DNA of 63,274 nucleotides, filler included. It is 12 parts of 12 records of this genome, joined end to end, with 100 filler letters (N's around TTAATTAATTAA, not from the genome) between each part and the next. Parts side by side here need not be neighbours in the genome. Positions count along the whole stretch, not along the records: positions 1 to 4,793 come from SRR15195285_3966; positions 4,894 to 8,297 come from SRR15195285_3968; positions 8,398 to 12,644 come from SRR15195285_3971; 9 more parts are not named here. One strand, given 5' to 3'. The notes beneath the pieces were generated by a model, which made no database searches, was not told where the DNA came from, and saw nothing but the letters and a program-made list of their open reading frames with translations. Shown in pieces: positions 1 through 11,400 of this stretch. A program made the translations under genes and the position numbers. Position 1 is the stretch's first letter; each line of letters opens with the position of its first letter.

Positions 1-55
1 TGGCGCGGTCTGAGTCAATTTGATCTCATATCTACAGTACTCCGGAGTAGGATAG

Positions 56-70
56 TCAACCTGGGTACTG
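56..70 (+). promoter_or_regulatory. Recurrent upstream motif TCAACCTGGGTACTG (copy 1)
   Basis: Identical 15-mer at 50305..50319 (+) and a 14/15 match at 49343..49357 (-); lies about 120 nt upstream of ATG 193. Function is inferred. Confidence 0.45.
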
Positions 71-192
71 AGGCGTGAGGGGGTCAGCCGCACTCGCTGC
101 CTGTCGGTTTGACGCCGGCGGGCGCCGCCGCCCGCCGCGCCGGGTCCGCGCACCGCGGCGTGGAGGTCCGCGAGGTGAGAAGCGAGGCCGCG

Positions 193-3100
193 ATGGAGAC
201 GAGAGTGCGGGTAATCCGAGGCGAGACGACAGCAGTGCTGGCCCTCACTGGTGTGTCGGTCGGCCTTGCCTGCTACCTCTGGAGACGCTCTGCCATGGCG
301 GCGCCACCCGCGCTCCGGGATAGGCCCCCGCCGGCGGCCTTTGATCAGGTGGCGCCAGCAGCAGCGCCTGCCGCAGGTCGCTCAGGTTCCCCGAAGAGAT
401 TGCTCGAGGAGTTGTGCGCAGGTGGAGCTGCGGCAGCCGTTGCGTTTGGGGACTCATTGGAACACGTTCTGACTGCGGCGGAAGCCCAGCCGTCGGCATC
501 GCGGGCGGCACGTCGGGCGACCCGGCGGCTGCTTGACCGCCTCGAGAGCTTCTCTGAGCGCCTGGATGCGGACAGGTGTGACAGCATCGCAAGGGTCGGG
601 CGTGAGCAGCTGGCCAAGCTCTGTGGCCACATGTTGGCGGTAGAGCGTGCGCTCGCGCCAAACTCCGATGGCATTGAACACGTCACCCTTGCCTTGTCGG
701 AGTTGCTCGACTGCCTGGAGCGCTGCGACAGCACTTCCTATCAGGCAGTCTCCTTGCTGGGGCCTGATGGTCCGTCAGGAGGCAGTGCAGATGCTCTTGG
801 GCTGCTCTGCTCGTTACCACGTGAACCACTTGGGCAGCCGTCCCGTGACGAGTGTCACGTCCTGAGCGCAGTAATCAGGCACACTACCTCGGCGAGCTGC
901 AGTGCCCGGGCTTCATCCTGGACGGCCCTGTTCGCCCTGGCCGTGCGGAATGGAGTTAGTGTGGCTGCATCCAGCAAGCTCTGCGACAGCGTCCGCCAGC
1001 ACTGGATCGCTCTGCTGCAGGAGGCTAAGGACTGTACTGAGAACCGTGAGCAGATGAGAGAGGTGATGAGAGTGGTGGCGGCACACCGTGCCACTCAGCT
1101 AGCAACGTGTCAGGGCATAATCGTAGCCCCGGCTGACGTCCGTGCACCGCTCGAAGCAGCTCTGGCACGCAGCTTGAAGTCCGCCGTTGCCGAGCTTGCG
1201 TGCTATTCGAATTCCACTGTTCATGCACTGGTACGAGCTTGCGTTGAAATGCTGGAAGCTGAAGCTGCAGACACTGCGCTCACAATCGGTGCGGCAAATG
1301 CATGCCAAGAGCTGATTGTCTTTAGGTCTCCAGCCGCAGCAGAGGCTGCCCTGGCACTCGATGTATTTCCGGTGGGGTTGAGTGCGCTGCAGAGAGTTAG
1401 TCTGTCTACACTAGACCCAGCCTGGTGGGTGGACAGAATTTGTACGGTTGATGTTAGATGTGTGGAGCTTTGGGGTCTGTGGATGCTGCTGGGTGCAACG
1501 CACATTCTCGAGACGACCGTGCCGGCACACACATGGATTGAGTCGGACTGGTGGCACTCGGTGCTCGAACTTGCGGTACAGATGGTGTGCGTTAACGAGT
1601 TGGCTGGCGCACTACTCGATGACCCAATGAAGAGTCGGAGCTGCGGTGAGGATGTCCATGGGCAGGGCGAGCAACAAGATGGAGGGCAACGGTGTGTGAA
1701 CTTCGGTACCATCTGCTACGCCATTCGCACGATTGAAGCTGCAGCGAGAGGCGATGTGCAACAGCGGTTTTCTCTCCTGAAAAAGGAGCTGCATTTGGCA
1801 ATATTGTACAGTTTTAGGCACAACCTCTCGTTCCTCGGGCTGTCGTTGAGATCTTCAGCGACTAGTGCATTAGTGGCGTTGATGGGCAGACACGATGAGC
1901 AAGATGAGTTTGCAGTTCTAGATCCCGCAGTCACCATGCATGCCGTGCAGAATTTCTGCCATTGTTTCGATCGACAACACTCTCAGCGTTTCTTGACGGT
2001 GGGCAATGTGCTAGCGTATGCTCGTGAGCTCCATGCGTGCTTGGTGTCAGATGCAAACAAGCTTGTTGTCCTGAAATACGAAGGAATTGTAGATGCGCTT
2101 GTCAGAGGTCTGCTCTTGGACAGCAGCGACCCACGTGTGAGCCAGATCGGAGCCAATACTCTGCGCGAGATCTGTGCGAGGTCTCTACTCCACCTTTCAA
2201 TGCTCGGTCGCGGTGTGGAGATGCTTCGTGCCCATGATGGAGTCGTACCTGGTTTGGCTAGTTTGTGCTGCTGCGATGAGGCCAGCCTTCGCATTTATGC
2301 AGAACACACCCTGTACCGGATTGACCCATGCAACGGTGTTGCAACTAGCTTCTTGAGTGGCGCAGGTATCGAAGAAATCACTGTACCTGCCAACAATCGA
2401 CCGAACGTGATGTTCTCACACCAGCTGGCTGATCAAGCTGTCGTGGCTCGCATTGCTTCTGCATTGCGCAGCCGTGGCTATAGCGTCGCTATCAATAATG
2501 ACGTAGCGTCTTCAACAGTCGCCACCATGCGCACCGCCGTGAGCAAGGCTGCAGCTGCGCTCGTTTGCTTCAGCCAGAGCTACATCGAGTCGCCTGTCTG
2601 CCGTGCAGAAGCCGCGCACATTCAGCAGTCTGGAGTGTTTATGGTACCGCTATTGGTGCACCAGCCTGACCATACGTTTGAGCATCAAGGCGAGCGAAAG
2701 CACCAGAAACAGACCTTTATGCTTTCTGGCTGGGCACGCAACATGTTTGGCCATAGAATTCAACACTCCTTTCTAGATCACCCGGCGGCATCGTCCACCG
2801 CTTTTGAAATCCGTGTTGACGAGCTAGTACGAGCGCTTGGTAGACCGAGCAAAGTTTCAGAGTCTACTGCAGCCACGATCGACGAAATTTCTGTTATTCA
2901 GCCGGGCGAAGAGGCTGAGGAGAAGTGTTCAGCAGCGTTGGCATCGCGTCTCTTAAAAGATCCTGAGCACCGCCGCCTGGTCCTGACACAGGTATTAGAA
3001 CATGTGACGTTGTTGTTGGCTCGGTCCAGTAGAGATCGATTGCCTGCACTGGATCGTAAGACCAAGGCCCAGCTTCGTTCCAGGTCGAGTGCACTGCTCA

Positions 3101-4758
3101 ATGACGTCAATAGCGTCACCAACTCAACTGGCCCATCGTTTACACACGCGCTCTGCGCTCATCGCTGGCCACAGTACGTAGGAGAATCCACAGGAGCTGT
3201 GCTGAGCGATGTGTTCCGAATGGATGACCTGCGGACGGAGCATGATATCAACCGCGTAAAATTTCTCCTAGAGTTTATTGAAAAGCTCGGCACCATCATG
3301 CGCGGCCGGGTCTCAGTGCTTACAGATCACATCGCCACAGGCGGGCGGAACAGTGCACGAGTGCTGCTTGGAGCATTGGACCATGGGATGCAAGTTCTTG
3401 ACAGCATCGGCACAAACCAGGCGCACGATTCAACGCACCGCAGCACCCTTTTGTCACTAGCAACAGAAATCGGATTCAGCGCGGATGTGCTAAACAAATT
3501 CGATACTAAATTCTGCAACACGCTGGCGGCAGCCTGCAGGTCGGGCAGGGCAGATGCGTCTGCCATCGCCCAGCTGGTCCTGAATGTTGAACAGCTGACC
3601 ACAACCGGTGATCCAGCTCAGAGTGAACAGCAGGTATCCGCGTTGGTAGCTGCGATAGAGCAGCCAGTTCTGACTCTAGAGTTAGAGCAAGCAGAGCAGG
3701 TCCGTGTGCGAGAGGCGGCTGCAAAGGAGCTGGCGAACTCACGCCAACAGGAACTGGAGCAGGGACAGTTGGAGGCCGAAGTGGCACGGGCGCTCAGCAG
3801 CCTTAGCAGCCGAGCGCTGCGTCAGCGTGCTGAGGCTGTCGGGATTGACGAAGCTGCATTGAGTCGTGCCTATCAGAGTAAGGAGCCGAAGCGTGCCCTC
3901 ATTGCACTTGTCTTGTCAGCAGCTCCTCAAGAAAGTCAAAGTGCAGTGGAGGCCAAACACGCAGCCGCGGGTGCGGTACAGCATAACACTGCTCCACCTG
4001 CCGTATATGCACGGTCTCAATCCGACGACTCCAAAGCACACGTGTCGACAACGAGCCCTGACGAAGGTGTATGCAGTCAGGCTTTTACCGAAGGTGTTTC
4101 ATTAGGACAAGCACCGGTACCGAGGCCAGATGGTATGAGTTTGGCCACTGGATGGGTGCATGTGAACTCTTCCGACCCGAGGCTCATCATAGAGGCAACA
4201 CGCCGGGACGAAAACGCAGCGGAAACTGAACCCATCAGGACCGCGGACAGAGGCTCCGCAGAACTAGAAGAGTCTGACCCAGCAGCTTCAGAATCAAATC
4301 GTGAGCAACAGGTGGAGGTAAAAATGGCAACGGGGGTGACAATTGACCATGTTGCCGTCCCTCCTGCTCCTGAGACTGGTGCTCATAATGGTGACGACGC
4401 ACAGAGAAGAGACGAACCGGAAGCCGTCGAGGACAGCGATCAAGAGAGGTTACAGAGCTATGATGCAACGCCTACCAAGGCATCGGTCGCTGATAGCGCT
4501 GAAGACTGCGATGAACAGGAGGAAGAGCCTGTGAAAGACAACGGCGACCTCCTCGATAGCAGCTCGGTGTTGCCGGTCCACCTGGATCCGTCACCGATTG
4601 GAAGTAGCGAGGCTGGCGCGTTCATTGATAGCACTGGCCGTGTGGTCGAACTACCTGTAGTTGACCTGGAGCTAGCTGCGCAAGGCTCGCGTCTACGAAA
4701 GGAGCGCATGCGACTCGAAGCGCGGGCAGCCTCCCCAGCAAGCCGCGGAGCAGTGTAA
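193..4758 (+). CDS. Large ARM-like repeat plus TIR (TIR_2-like) domain protein with N-terminal membrane anchor
   Basis: Uninterrupted ORF, first ATG at 193. Hydrophobic AVLALTGVSVGLACYLWRR; ARM-like helices (DANKLVVLKYEGIVDALVRGLL); TIR-like block at about 2404-2840 (VMFSHQ...LRSRGYSV...AVSKAAAALVCFSQSYIESPVCRAE...MVPLLV...GW); acidic low-complexity tail. Confidence 0.75.
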   Translation: METRVRVIRGETTAVLALTGVSVGLACYLWRRSAMAAPPALRDRPPPAAFDQVAPAAAPAAGRSGSPKRLLEELCAGGAAAAVAFGDSLEHVLTAAEAQPSASRAARRATRRLLDRLESFSERLDADRCDSIARVGREQLAKLCGHMLAVERALAPNSDGIEHVTLALSELLDCLERCDSTSYQAVSLLGPDGPSGGSADALGLLCSLPREPLGQPSRDECHVLSAVIRHTTSASCSARASSWTALFALAVRNGVSVAASSKLCDSVRQHWIALLQEAKDCTENREQMREVMRVVAAHRATQLATCQGIIVAPADVRAPLEAALARSLKSAVAELACYSNSTVHALVRACVEMLEAEAADTALTIGAANACQELIVFRSPAAAEAALALDVFPVGLSALQRVSLSTLDPAWWVDRICTVDVRCVELWGLWMLLGATHILETTVPAHTWIESDWWHSVLELAVQMVCVNELAGALLDDPMKSRSCGEDVHGQGEQQDGGQRCVNFGTICYAIRTIEAAARGDVQQRFSLLKKELHLAILYSFRHNLSFLGLSLRSSATSALVALMGRHDEQDEFAVLDPAVTMHAVQNFCHCFDRQHSQRFLTVGNVLAYARELHACLVSDANKLVVLKYEGIVDALVRGLLLDSSDPRVSQIGANTLREICARSLLHLSMLGRGVEMLRAHDGVVPGLASLCCCDEASLRIYAEHTLYRIDPCNGVATSFLSGAGIEEITVPANNRPNVMFSHQLADQAVVARIASALRSRGYSVAINNDVASSTVATMRTAVSKAAAALVCFSQSYIESPVCRAEAAHIQQSGVFMVPLLVHQPDHTFEHQGERKHQKQTFMLSGWARNMFGHRIQHSFLDHPAASSTAFEIRVDELVRALGRPSKVSESTAATIDEISVIQPGEEAEEKCSAALASRLLKDPEHRRLVLTQVLEHVTLLLARSSRDRLPALDRKTKAQLRSRSSALLNDVNSVTNSTGPSFTHALCAHRWPQYVGESTGAVLSDVFRMDDLRTEHDINRVKFLLEFIEKLGTIMRGRVSVLTDHIATGGRNSARVLLGALDHGMQVLDSIGTNQAHDSTHRSTLLSLATEIGFSADVLNKFDTKFCNTLAAACRSGRADASAIAQLVLNVEQLTTTGDPAQSEQQVSALVAAIEQPVLTLELEQAEQVRVREAAAKELANSRQQELEQGQLEAEVARALSSLSSRALRQRAEAVGIDEAALSRAYQSKEPKRALIALVLSAAPQESQSAVEAKHAAAGAVQHNTAPPAVYARSQSDDSKAHVSTTSPDEGVCSQAFTEGVSLGQAPVPRPDGMSLATGWVHVNSSDPRLIIEATRRDENAAETEPIRTADRGSAELEESDPAASESNREQQVEVKMATGVTIDHVAVPPAPETGAHNGDDAQRRDEPEAVEDSDQERLQSYDATPTKASVADSAEDCDEQEEEPVKDNGDLLDSSSVLPVHLDPSPIGSSEAGAFIDSTGRVVELPVVDLELAAQGSRLRKERMRLEARAASPASRGAV

Positions 4759-4793
4759 TGGTGTCTAACAGGCTGACCAATCGGTGCACTCCT

Positions 4794-4893
4794 NNNNNNN
4801 NNNNNNNNNNNNNNNNNNNNNNNNNNNNNNNNNNNNNTTAATTAATTAANNNNNNNNNNNNNNNNNNNNNNNNNNNNNNNNNNNNNNNNNNNN
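4794..4893. other. Artificial contig spacer
   Basis: N44-TTAATTAATTAA-N44, with stops in all six frames. Confidence 0.99.
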
Positions 4894-7850
4894 CCGCCGC
4901 TGCCACCGCCGCCGCCGCCACCGCCACCATCGTTGTGGGCGTTCCCCCAAGGAGCTGCAGAAGCGCCGTATGCGACCTGCTGCGATGCATAGCCACGAGG
5001 CTCGTGGTGATAGTGATGCTGGTGACCTTGCAGCCGATCGTCTTGAGGAGCGCCGGAGTGCCAAGGATCGCGATTTTCTCGCTGCTGATAGTCTTCCTCG
5101 GGACGAGCCCACGTATGATCGATCGGCTTTTCCCAGGTTTGATCGACAACGCCGTTGTCCATACCGCCATCAAATCTACGCTGTGAATCATCTGCTGGAG
5201 CCTCGGCCGCAGCGGCGGCGGCAGTGGCAGCGCGACGCCTGCTTTCCTCAGCCTCTTTCTTTTGTCGCTGGGCAGCCTGCCTTTTCGCAGATTCCTGCTT
5301 GCGCTGCTCTCGAACAATGCTCGCTTTCAATGTAGCCAGCCGCTTCTTCAGTCCATGTGCAGTAGCAGCACTTACGTCGCCGCCAGCAAGCTGTGCTTCC
5401 AGTCGCCGAATCTCCGCACCGATGCTGCCGTCCTGCGACATGCCAGAGCCAGGTCTCGCAGCGACAGCACCAGCGGCACGTTGCTCTTTAGCGCGTAGCC
5501 GTTTCTCAGCTGCAGCTTTGGACTTCCGAGCGTTCTCCTCACGGGCGGCCTTGGCGCGCTGTTGTCGGATTTCGCGCAGCGCAATGGCGTCGTCGCGGCT
5601 CAGAGATTCTAGTGCGGCACTCGCAGGAGCTGGCGGCTCGCCGGCATGGCCTCCTGTCCCGTGAGTGGAGCTGTGCTGAGTCGACGGCGACGGCGATGCC
5701 CTCTCCTCGCTCGCTCGTTCGCGTCGCCGAGTGGAAGCAGTAGACTCCATTCCGGGTGAGCGCGGAGGAGATGCCTGCGCCCTCGGGGCCGATCGCATGC
5801 TACCGCTACTTGCAGGCGGCGTTTCGCACTCTCGGGTAGCATCAATCGCGATGCCATGTCGGTGGGCACCCACCGTCACGGAGACGGTCGAGGCCGCTGA
5901 CGTAGGACGGTTGCCTCCCACGCTGACATCGCCACCGAACCCCTGTTCTCCACGAGGCTCAGTCGAGTATAGCTCTTGCCCACACTCTGCTGCTACCGCT
6001 ATGGCTGCATCTTCGTCCTGCTGACTCCATGCCATGCCTTTCTTTTTGAACATGATCTTCAGTTGCCGCAGCTTGACAGCCGCAGGTGTTGTTGCGTCGG
6101 ACATGATCTGGGCTGTGAGCTGGCGGCGTTTGGCTGCATCTCCCCCTTTGCGACGTGCCGGCCGCACTTGAGGCTGAGCAACATCTTCGGCACCTTCTTT
6201 AACCCAGTTGCCGTCCGCATCTTTAGTCCAGCCTTGCGCCTCGCTATCTTCGTCGCCGCCTGCGCCGTTCGTGCCGTAGGTGGTGTCGACAATCTCAGGT
6301 TCGACGCCACGCTGTAACCTCCGCCTCTGCATCGCCCCTGACGCGCATGCCCTACGCGCCTCAACCAGCGCCTTGGCAAGGGGGCGGGGTAGCCGCTTCA
6401 TAGCTGCCACTTCGGCCTTCCGTCGCTCCAGAGCTTTTGCCTGCTCCTGCTTCTTCTTCTCTAGTTTGGCATCCCCGAACGCTCCACCCGAACTCCTGTC
6501 AGTGTCGGACCACTGCCCGCTCGAATACTCCTCCTGCTGCTTCGCTTTAGCTGCAGCAAGGGCTCCTCTGGTTGCGCCACCTCTCAGCTCCTTCGAGCCG
6601 CCACCAGCTCTTCGCTCTCGGCCGAGCGCCGTGACGTCTACCTCGCCACATCGGACGCGTGACGCGTTAGGCGGTACTCCGCCTGACGTCCAGCGCCTCT
6701 CATCCCCGTCGCCCTGTCCGTCCATGATGCACGCGTGCCGCAGAGTGCTGAGGGAGTGCTCTGTGTCCTTGCTCGATGGGGACACGGTTGCGATCACTAC
6801 AGTACGAGCTTCCTTGATACAAAAGGATGTCTTCAACAGCTGCGTGAGCTTGGCGTTGCGGTAGAGCGCGGAGTTGTCCGTTCCGCGAACGCGCTCCCGC
6901 ACCACTGCCTTCAGCGCCATGAGACTGGAATTAATGTGGGCGCCTTCCTTGCGCCGCTCCGCGTCATGGTACATCGAGTCCCCCTTTTGCTCGCTCCCAG
7001 CAAGGTCGACCATCGTCAGCGTGCCCTCGATCTCGGGCTGGCGCGCACCGGTCACACGATTGATGTACACCCGGCAGACAGCATGGGAACGCGAGCTTGC
7101 GTCGTGCACGGCGGTGACCGACGTGGCTCGCAGAGACGTGGCGTGGTCAATGTACGTGACGAGTGCCTCAGGGCTGTGAATCGGCACCTCTGTCACTGGC
7201 ACAGGGTGCACCTCGCCGTTCCGGCCGGTGCAGAGCTTCACCTCGCGTGAGGCGTCCTGGTTCGGGTTCAGCATGTCACGGCATTTATCCCCTGCTAGCT
7301 CAACAAACGACATGGAGATCTGGACGGTGCCGTCTGCCAGCTCGCCGGCCAGCATGCCGAACAGATCCGCGGCGGCGCGCTCGTACACGGAGCTCATCGT
7401 GTAGGTTTTCCCCGAGCCTGTCTGCCCGTACATGAGCACAGTGGCCTGGCCGCCTCCAGCCGCCAGCCGAACCAGCCCCGCCGCCGTGCCCGCGTAGACG
7501 TCGTCGTTGGTCGCCTTCTCGTCGAACACCGTGTCGAAGTCAAACTCGTGGTGGTCCATGTACATCCTGCGCATGTCTGCCTCCATGCGCGCATCGTGGA
7601 TCACAACGCGGTCGGCGCCGCCCGTAATGACGTCGAACTCGCGCTCCTTCTTCCATTCCCACTCAAACATCGGGCGCTTGCGCACGCAGACGCGGATCGG
7701 GCGGTCCTCGTCCCCAAGCGGGTCGCCCTCTGCCGGCCGCGGGTCGAAGCCCGCGCGGAAGTCGCGAATGGCGCCGATGAATACATCCCGGTGCTCCCGG
7801 CGCGAGGTCCGCTTGTCCACGTTCCGCAGCACCGACTCGGCCGCCCCCAT
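4894..7850 (-). CDS. Kinesin motor protein, kinesin-13-like, with long C-terminal tail; 3' truncated by contig end
   Basis: IRVCVRKRP, FDFDTVF, P-loop GQTGSGKTYT, SSRSHAV, DLAGSE, INSSLMALK, KLTQLLK, HSLSTLRHA. Confidence 0.92.
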
Positions 7851-8297
7851 CCAGCAGCCCCACCACCACCTCCCTGCGGGCCCTCCCTGTGCGTCCTCTC
7901 AGGCCTGAGAGCCGCCCAGCGGCGGGGCGAAGGGCCTGCAGCCGCCCCGCGGTCTGCTGAATATCACAGATGCACCGATGTGTTTTCCCACCCGGGTAGA
8001 CCTGCCAGCACATGAATTAGAAACGCAACCCAGGATCAGTCAAAATGATCACTGCTGGGCAGTCAGATATCAATACAGTCTGAACTGAATTCTGTGACTC
8101 TGCATTCTGTCGATCGACAAGTCACTCAATTACATAGGATTCCCGATGGTGGGAAACTCCACGGTTCACTTCGTGTACACGACCATTTGTCGGTGGGCCA
8201 CCGGCCTTGTGCCACAATGTCGAATGTGCGGAAAGTGCGGATAGGGATAGGAATTACACGATACTAGATCCTAGCCCGGCGACGGTGGCCGATCTGC

Positions 8298-8397
8298 NNN
8301 NNNNNNNNNNNNNNNNNNNNNNNNNNNNNNNNNNNNNNNNNTTAATTAATTAANNNNNNNNNNNNNNNNNNNNNNNNNNNNNNNNNNNNNNNNNNNN
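8298..8397. other. Artificial contig spacer
   Basis: N44-TTAATTAATTAA-N44. Confidence 0.99.
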
Positions 8398-8486
8398 TCT
8401 GTCTGTCTGTCTGTGTGTGTCTGTCTGCGTGTCTGCCGGTCTCTGGGTTTCGCTCGCTATGCTGACTGGCACGGCACGCGCTGCAG

Positions 8487-11400
8487 AGGCTGGCGGCGCT
8501 GCCGCTGTGGCGACGCTGCAGTCGCCTGCACCGGTCTGGGCACCGGGCGTCGAAGCGCATGCGGCTGCGGGCGGGCTGCGGCTGCGGGCACCCGTCGCTG
8601 GCAGTCCTGCGCCGCCACAGGCAGCACCAGCTGCGGTGCCAGGCGTGTGGAGAATGTACGTCGACGACGAGGGTGATCCGTACTACTACAACGCCACCAC
8701 GGAGGAGACGACGTGGGAGAGGCCATCTGATTTCGTTGACGTACCAGACCAGGGAGTTGTCCCCACAGCGAACGACACGCTAGTGCGGGAGGGCGCAGAC
8801 CCCAGCGAGGGGGCGATGACAACAGGGAACCGCCGTGTGCTGGTCGTCTCCTCTGCTGTGGTCAAGCTGCAGTCACAATTCATCCTAGGCGCAGCACGTG
8901 AGGATGTTGCGGTCATCCTGTTTGATGATAGCACAACTTCCCCAAGTGCGCTGGTTGCGATGATTAAGGCAGCCGTGCCACGAGCCGGCCGCTTGGCGAT
9001 GCTGGGCTTCATGACACAGCCGTACGCGGACACCTGTGTCTCCTCGGACGGCACCGCGGTGGTGGAGCTTGTGCGCGGTCAGTCTGAGCAGACGTCGCGG
9101 CGCTCGCTCCGGAGTGACCGAACGCTCAATCAGTTCTGGCAAGATGTTGGCGCGCTCGTTCAGGACGGTGGTTGTATCGACTTGCTGAAGTCAAACATCG
9201 GACGCGCGCACGACTGTGCGTGGCTTCTGGCCGATTTAGAGCGACTGACAAATTGCGCAGTCACAGCTGAGGAAAGTCTGGTCGAGTCCTCAGGAGAGAA
9301 GTATTTCGACATGGCAAACCTATCGCTGCTCATTCGCGGCTCGACTGATCCCCTCAGGTCGGGAGTTGCTGGGCCTCCGTTCACCACGCCGTCTCGCGGG
9401 TCTGGGTATCCAACGGCACAGCGGGAGCCGCCGAGCAACCTTTTGCACCGAGATCGAGTCTTACCCGGTTCCGGTGAGCGAGCCCTACCTCTGAGTGTGC
9501 CACAAGCCGACGAAGCATCACCTGTTCGCTCCGCGTGGCGACGGTATTTTGACGAGGACGGCGATGCGTACTTCGCCAATGCTGAGACTGGTGAGACTAC
9601 ATGGGATGCACCCGCGCAGTTCGTCGATCAGCCGAATGAGAGGGTAGCCGAGCACAGCGCGCAGGACTCGATTTCACAGCAGCACACGCAAAAGGACGAG
9701 CAGCAGTGGATCGTGCGGAAAGAAATGTCGGACCAAGTTGCTGCTGGGCGTGAAGAAGTTGCACAAGCCCTCTCGCAGGTACAACAGTTGCTAGCGCAGG
9801 CCAAGGCAGAAGAAGCCGCGGGTGTACGATTGGCACAGGAACAGCGGGAGGCAAAGGAACAGGAACGAAAACTGCAACAAGAAGAGGCGGCGGCGGCGGC
9901 AGCAGCGGTGCTGGCGGAGCAGGGCAATGTGCTCGACAGCGGCGTTCTGTCTCCTTCCATCCTGGCTGCGAGAGCAGCAGGCCTGCTTTCCAAAGAGAGG
10001 GAGCAACGTGCAGAAGATTTGGAGCGAGAGAAGACTGAGCGATCAGTTCTTGCGTTGCAGGCCTCACAGGCACTGGCCCAAGAGAAGATGGAGAAGGCTG
10101 CCGCGGAGCTCCGCGCCAGCGAGGAAGCGCAAGCCAAGGTGGAGGCGCTGGCTGAGCTGGCAAATATGCGACAGCAGAAGGAAGACCTTGAACGGCATAT
10201 TGCTGGGGAAGCAATGGCAAAAAGTGCTGCGGAGGCACTAGCAGCCACTGCAAAGAAGGAAGCCGCAGATAGGGAGGCACAGGCTGCAGCAAGGGAAGTT
10301 GAGGCTGAGGAGGCACGGGAGGAGGCAGCAGCGCTGGCAGCACGAATTTCAGGCCTAGTAGAGGAAAGCATTCGTCCACGCCTGTCTCTCCCCTCCTCAG
10401 GATTGACTGTGTTGGAGGATCAATCGTACTTACAGCTCACTGGCAAGGGATTGGCGATGGACGACAGTGCACTGGTCGCAGCATCAGACGATCAATCCTT
10501 CAAGGACAGCCAGTGGTCAGCGATTGTAGGTAGAGCGGAGCACTGGCAAGGTATTGTCGCGAGTGCAGAGGAGCAGGCGCTACGGCACGCCAACCAATCC
10601 ATAGCAGAGCAGATGCTAGAGACCGAGCGCGAAAAGCTTCATGCGATCGAAGAAGCGGAGCGCAAGAAGGAGGCGCTACAGGTACAGTTAGATACTGCAT
10701 CAAAAGAGGAGCAGCAGCGGCGCTTAGCTGCGGAAGCTCTCGCTCAGGAGTGGCGACTAAAGGCTGAGGAGGCGGATAGGGCTTTGGAAGCGGCGGCAGA
10801 AGCAGAGGCTGCTGCAAATGCCGAGCTGCAGCGGCAGCGTGAGAAGCCAGATGATCATCTGACGACGACTGCCGCTGTAAAGGAAGCAATCGACCGTGCC
10901 CACAAGGCTGAGTCTGCTGAGAAGCGGGCGAAGGAGGACGCTTGCACAGCGCAAGCAAAGTTTGTTGAGCATCTGAAAGAATCGGCCCCGACTACTGCAG
11001 CTGCAGTGCAGGCCGCAGTCGATCGCTCCCTCAAAGCTGAGTCTGCTGAGCAGCTAGCCAAGAAGGATGCTCGCGCCGCGCAGGCAAAGTTTGACGAGCA
11101 CCAGCATAGTCTTGCGAAAGAGCAACGTGCGCGAGAAAACTTGGAAGAGCGGGTTAAGTTTGAGGTGGAAGCGTCACAGGCCGCTGAGGCCGCCAGGACT
11201 GCGACGCAGCAGCAACTTTCCGAGGCGCGGGAGATGCTGCACAAGCAGCAGAGCAGCGCCAGTGAACAGCAGCAGGCTGCAGCAGCGGCCGAAGCAAAGC
11301 TCGAGGAAGAGATGCAGCGCGCGGAATCGATCGAGGCACAGCGTGCAGACATGGACGTAGAACGTAAACGACTTGCAGAGATGGCACACGTGGCCACACG

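Noticed and set aside
109-192. ORF-track start at TTG 109 and other GTG/TTG starts
   Set aside because: Eukaryotic genes; the first in-frame ATG or a splice acceptor was used instead
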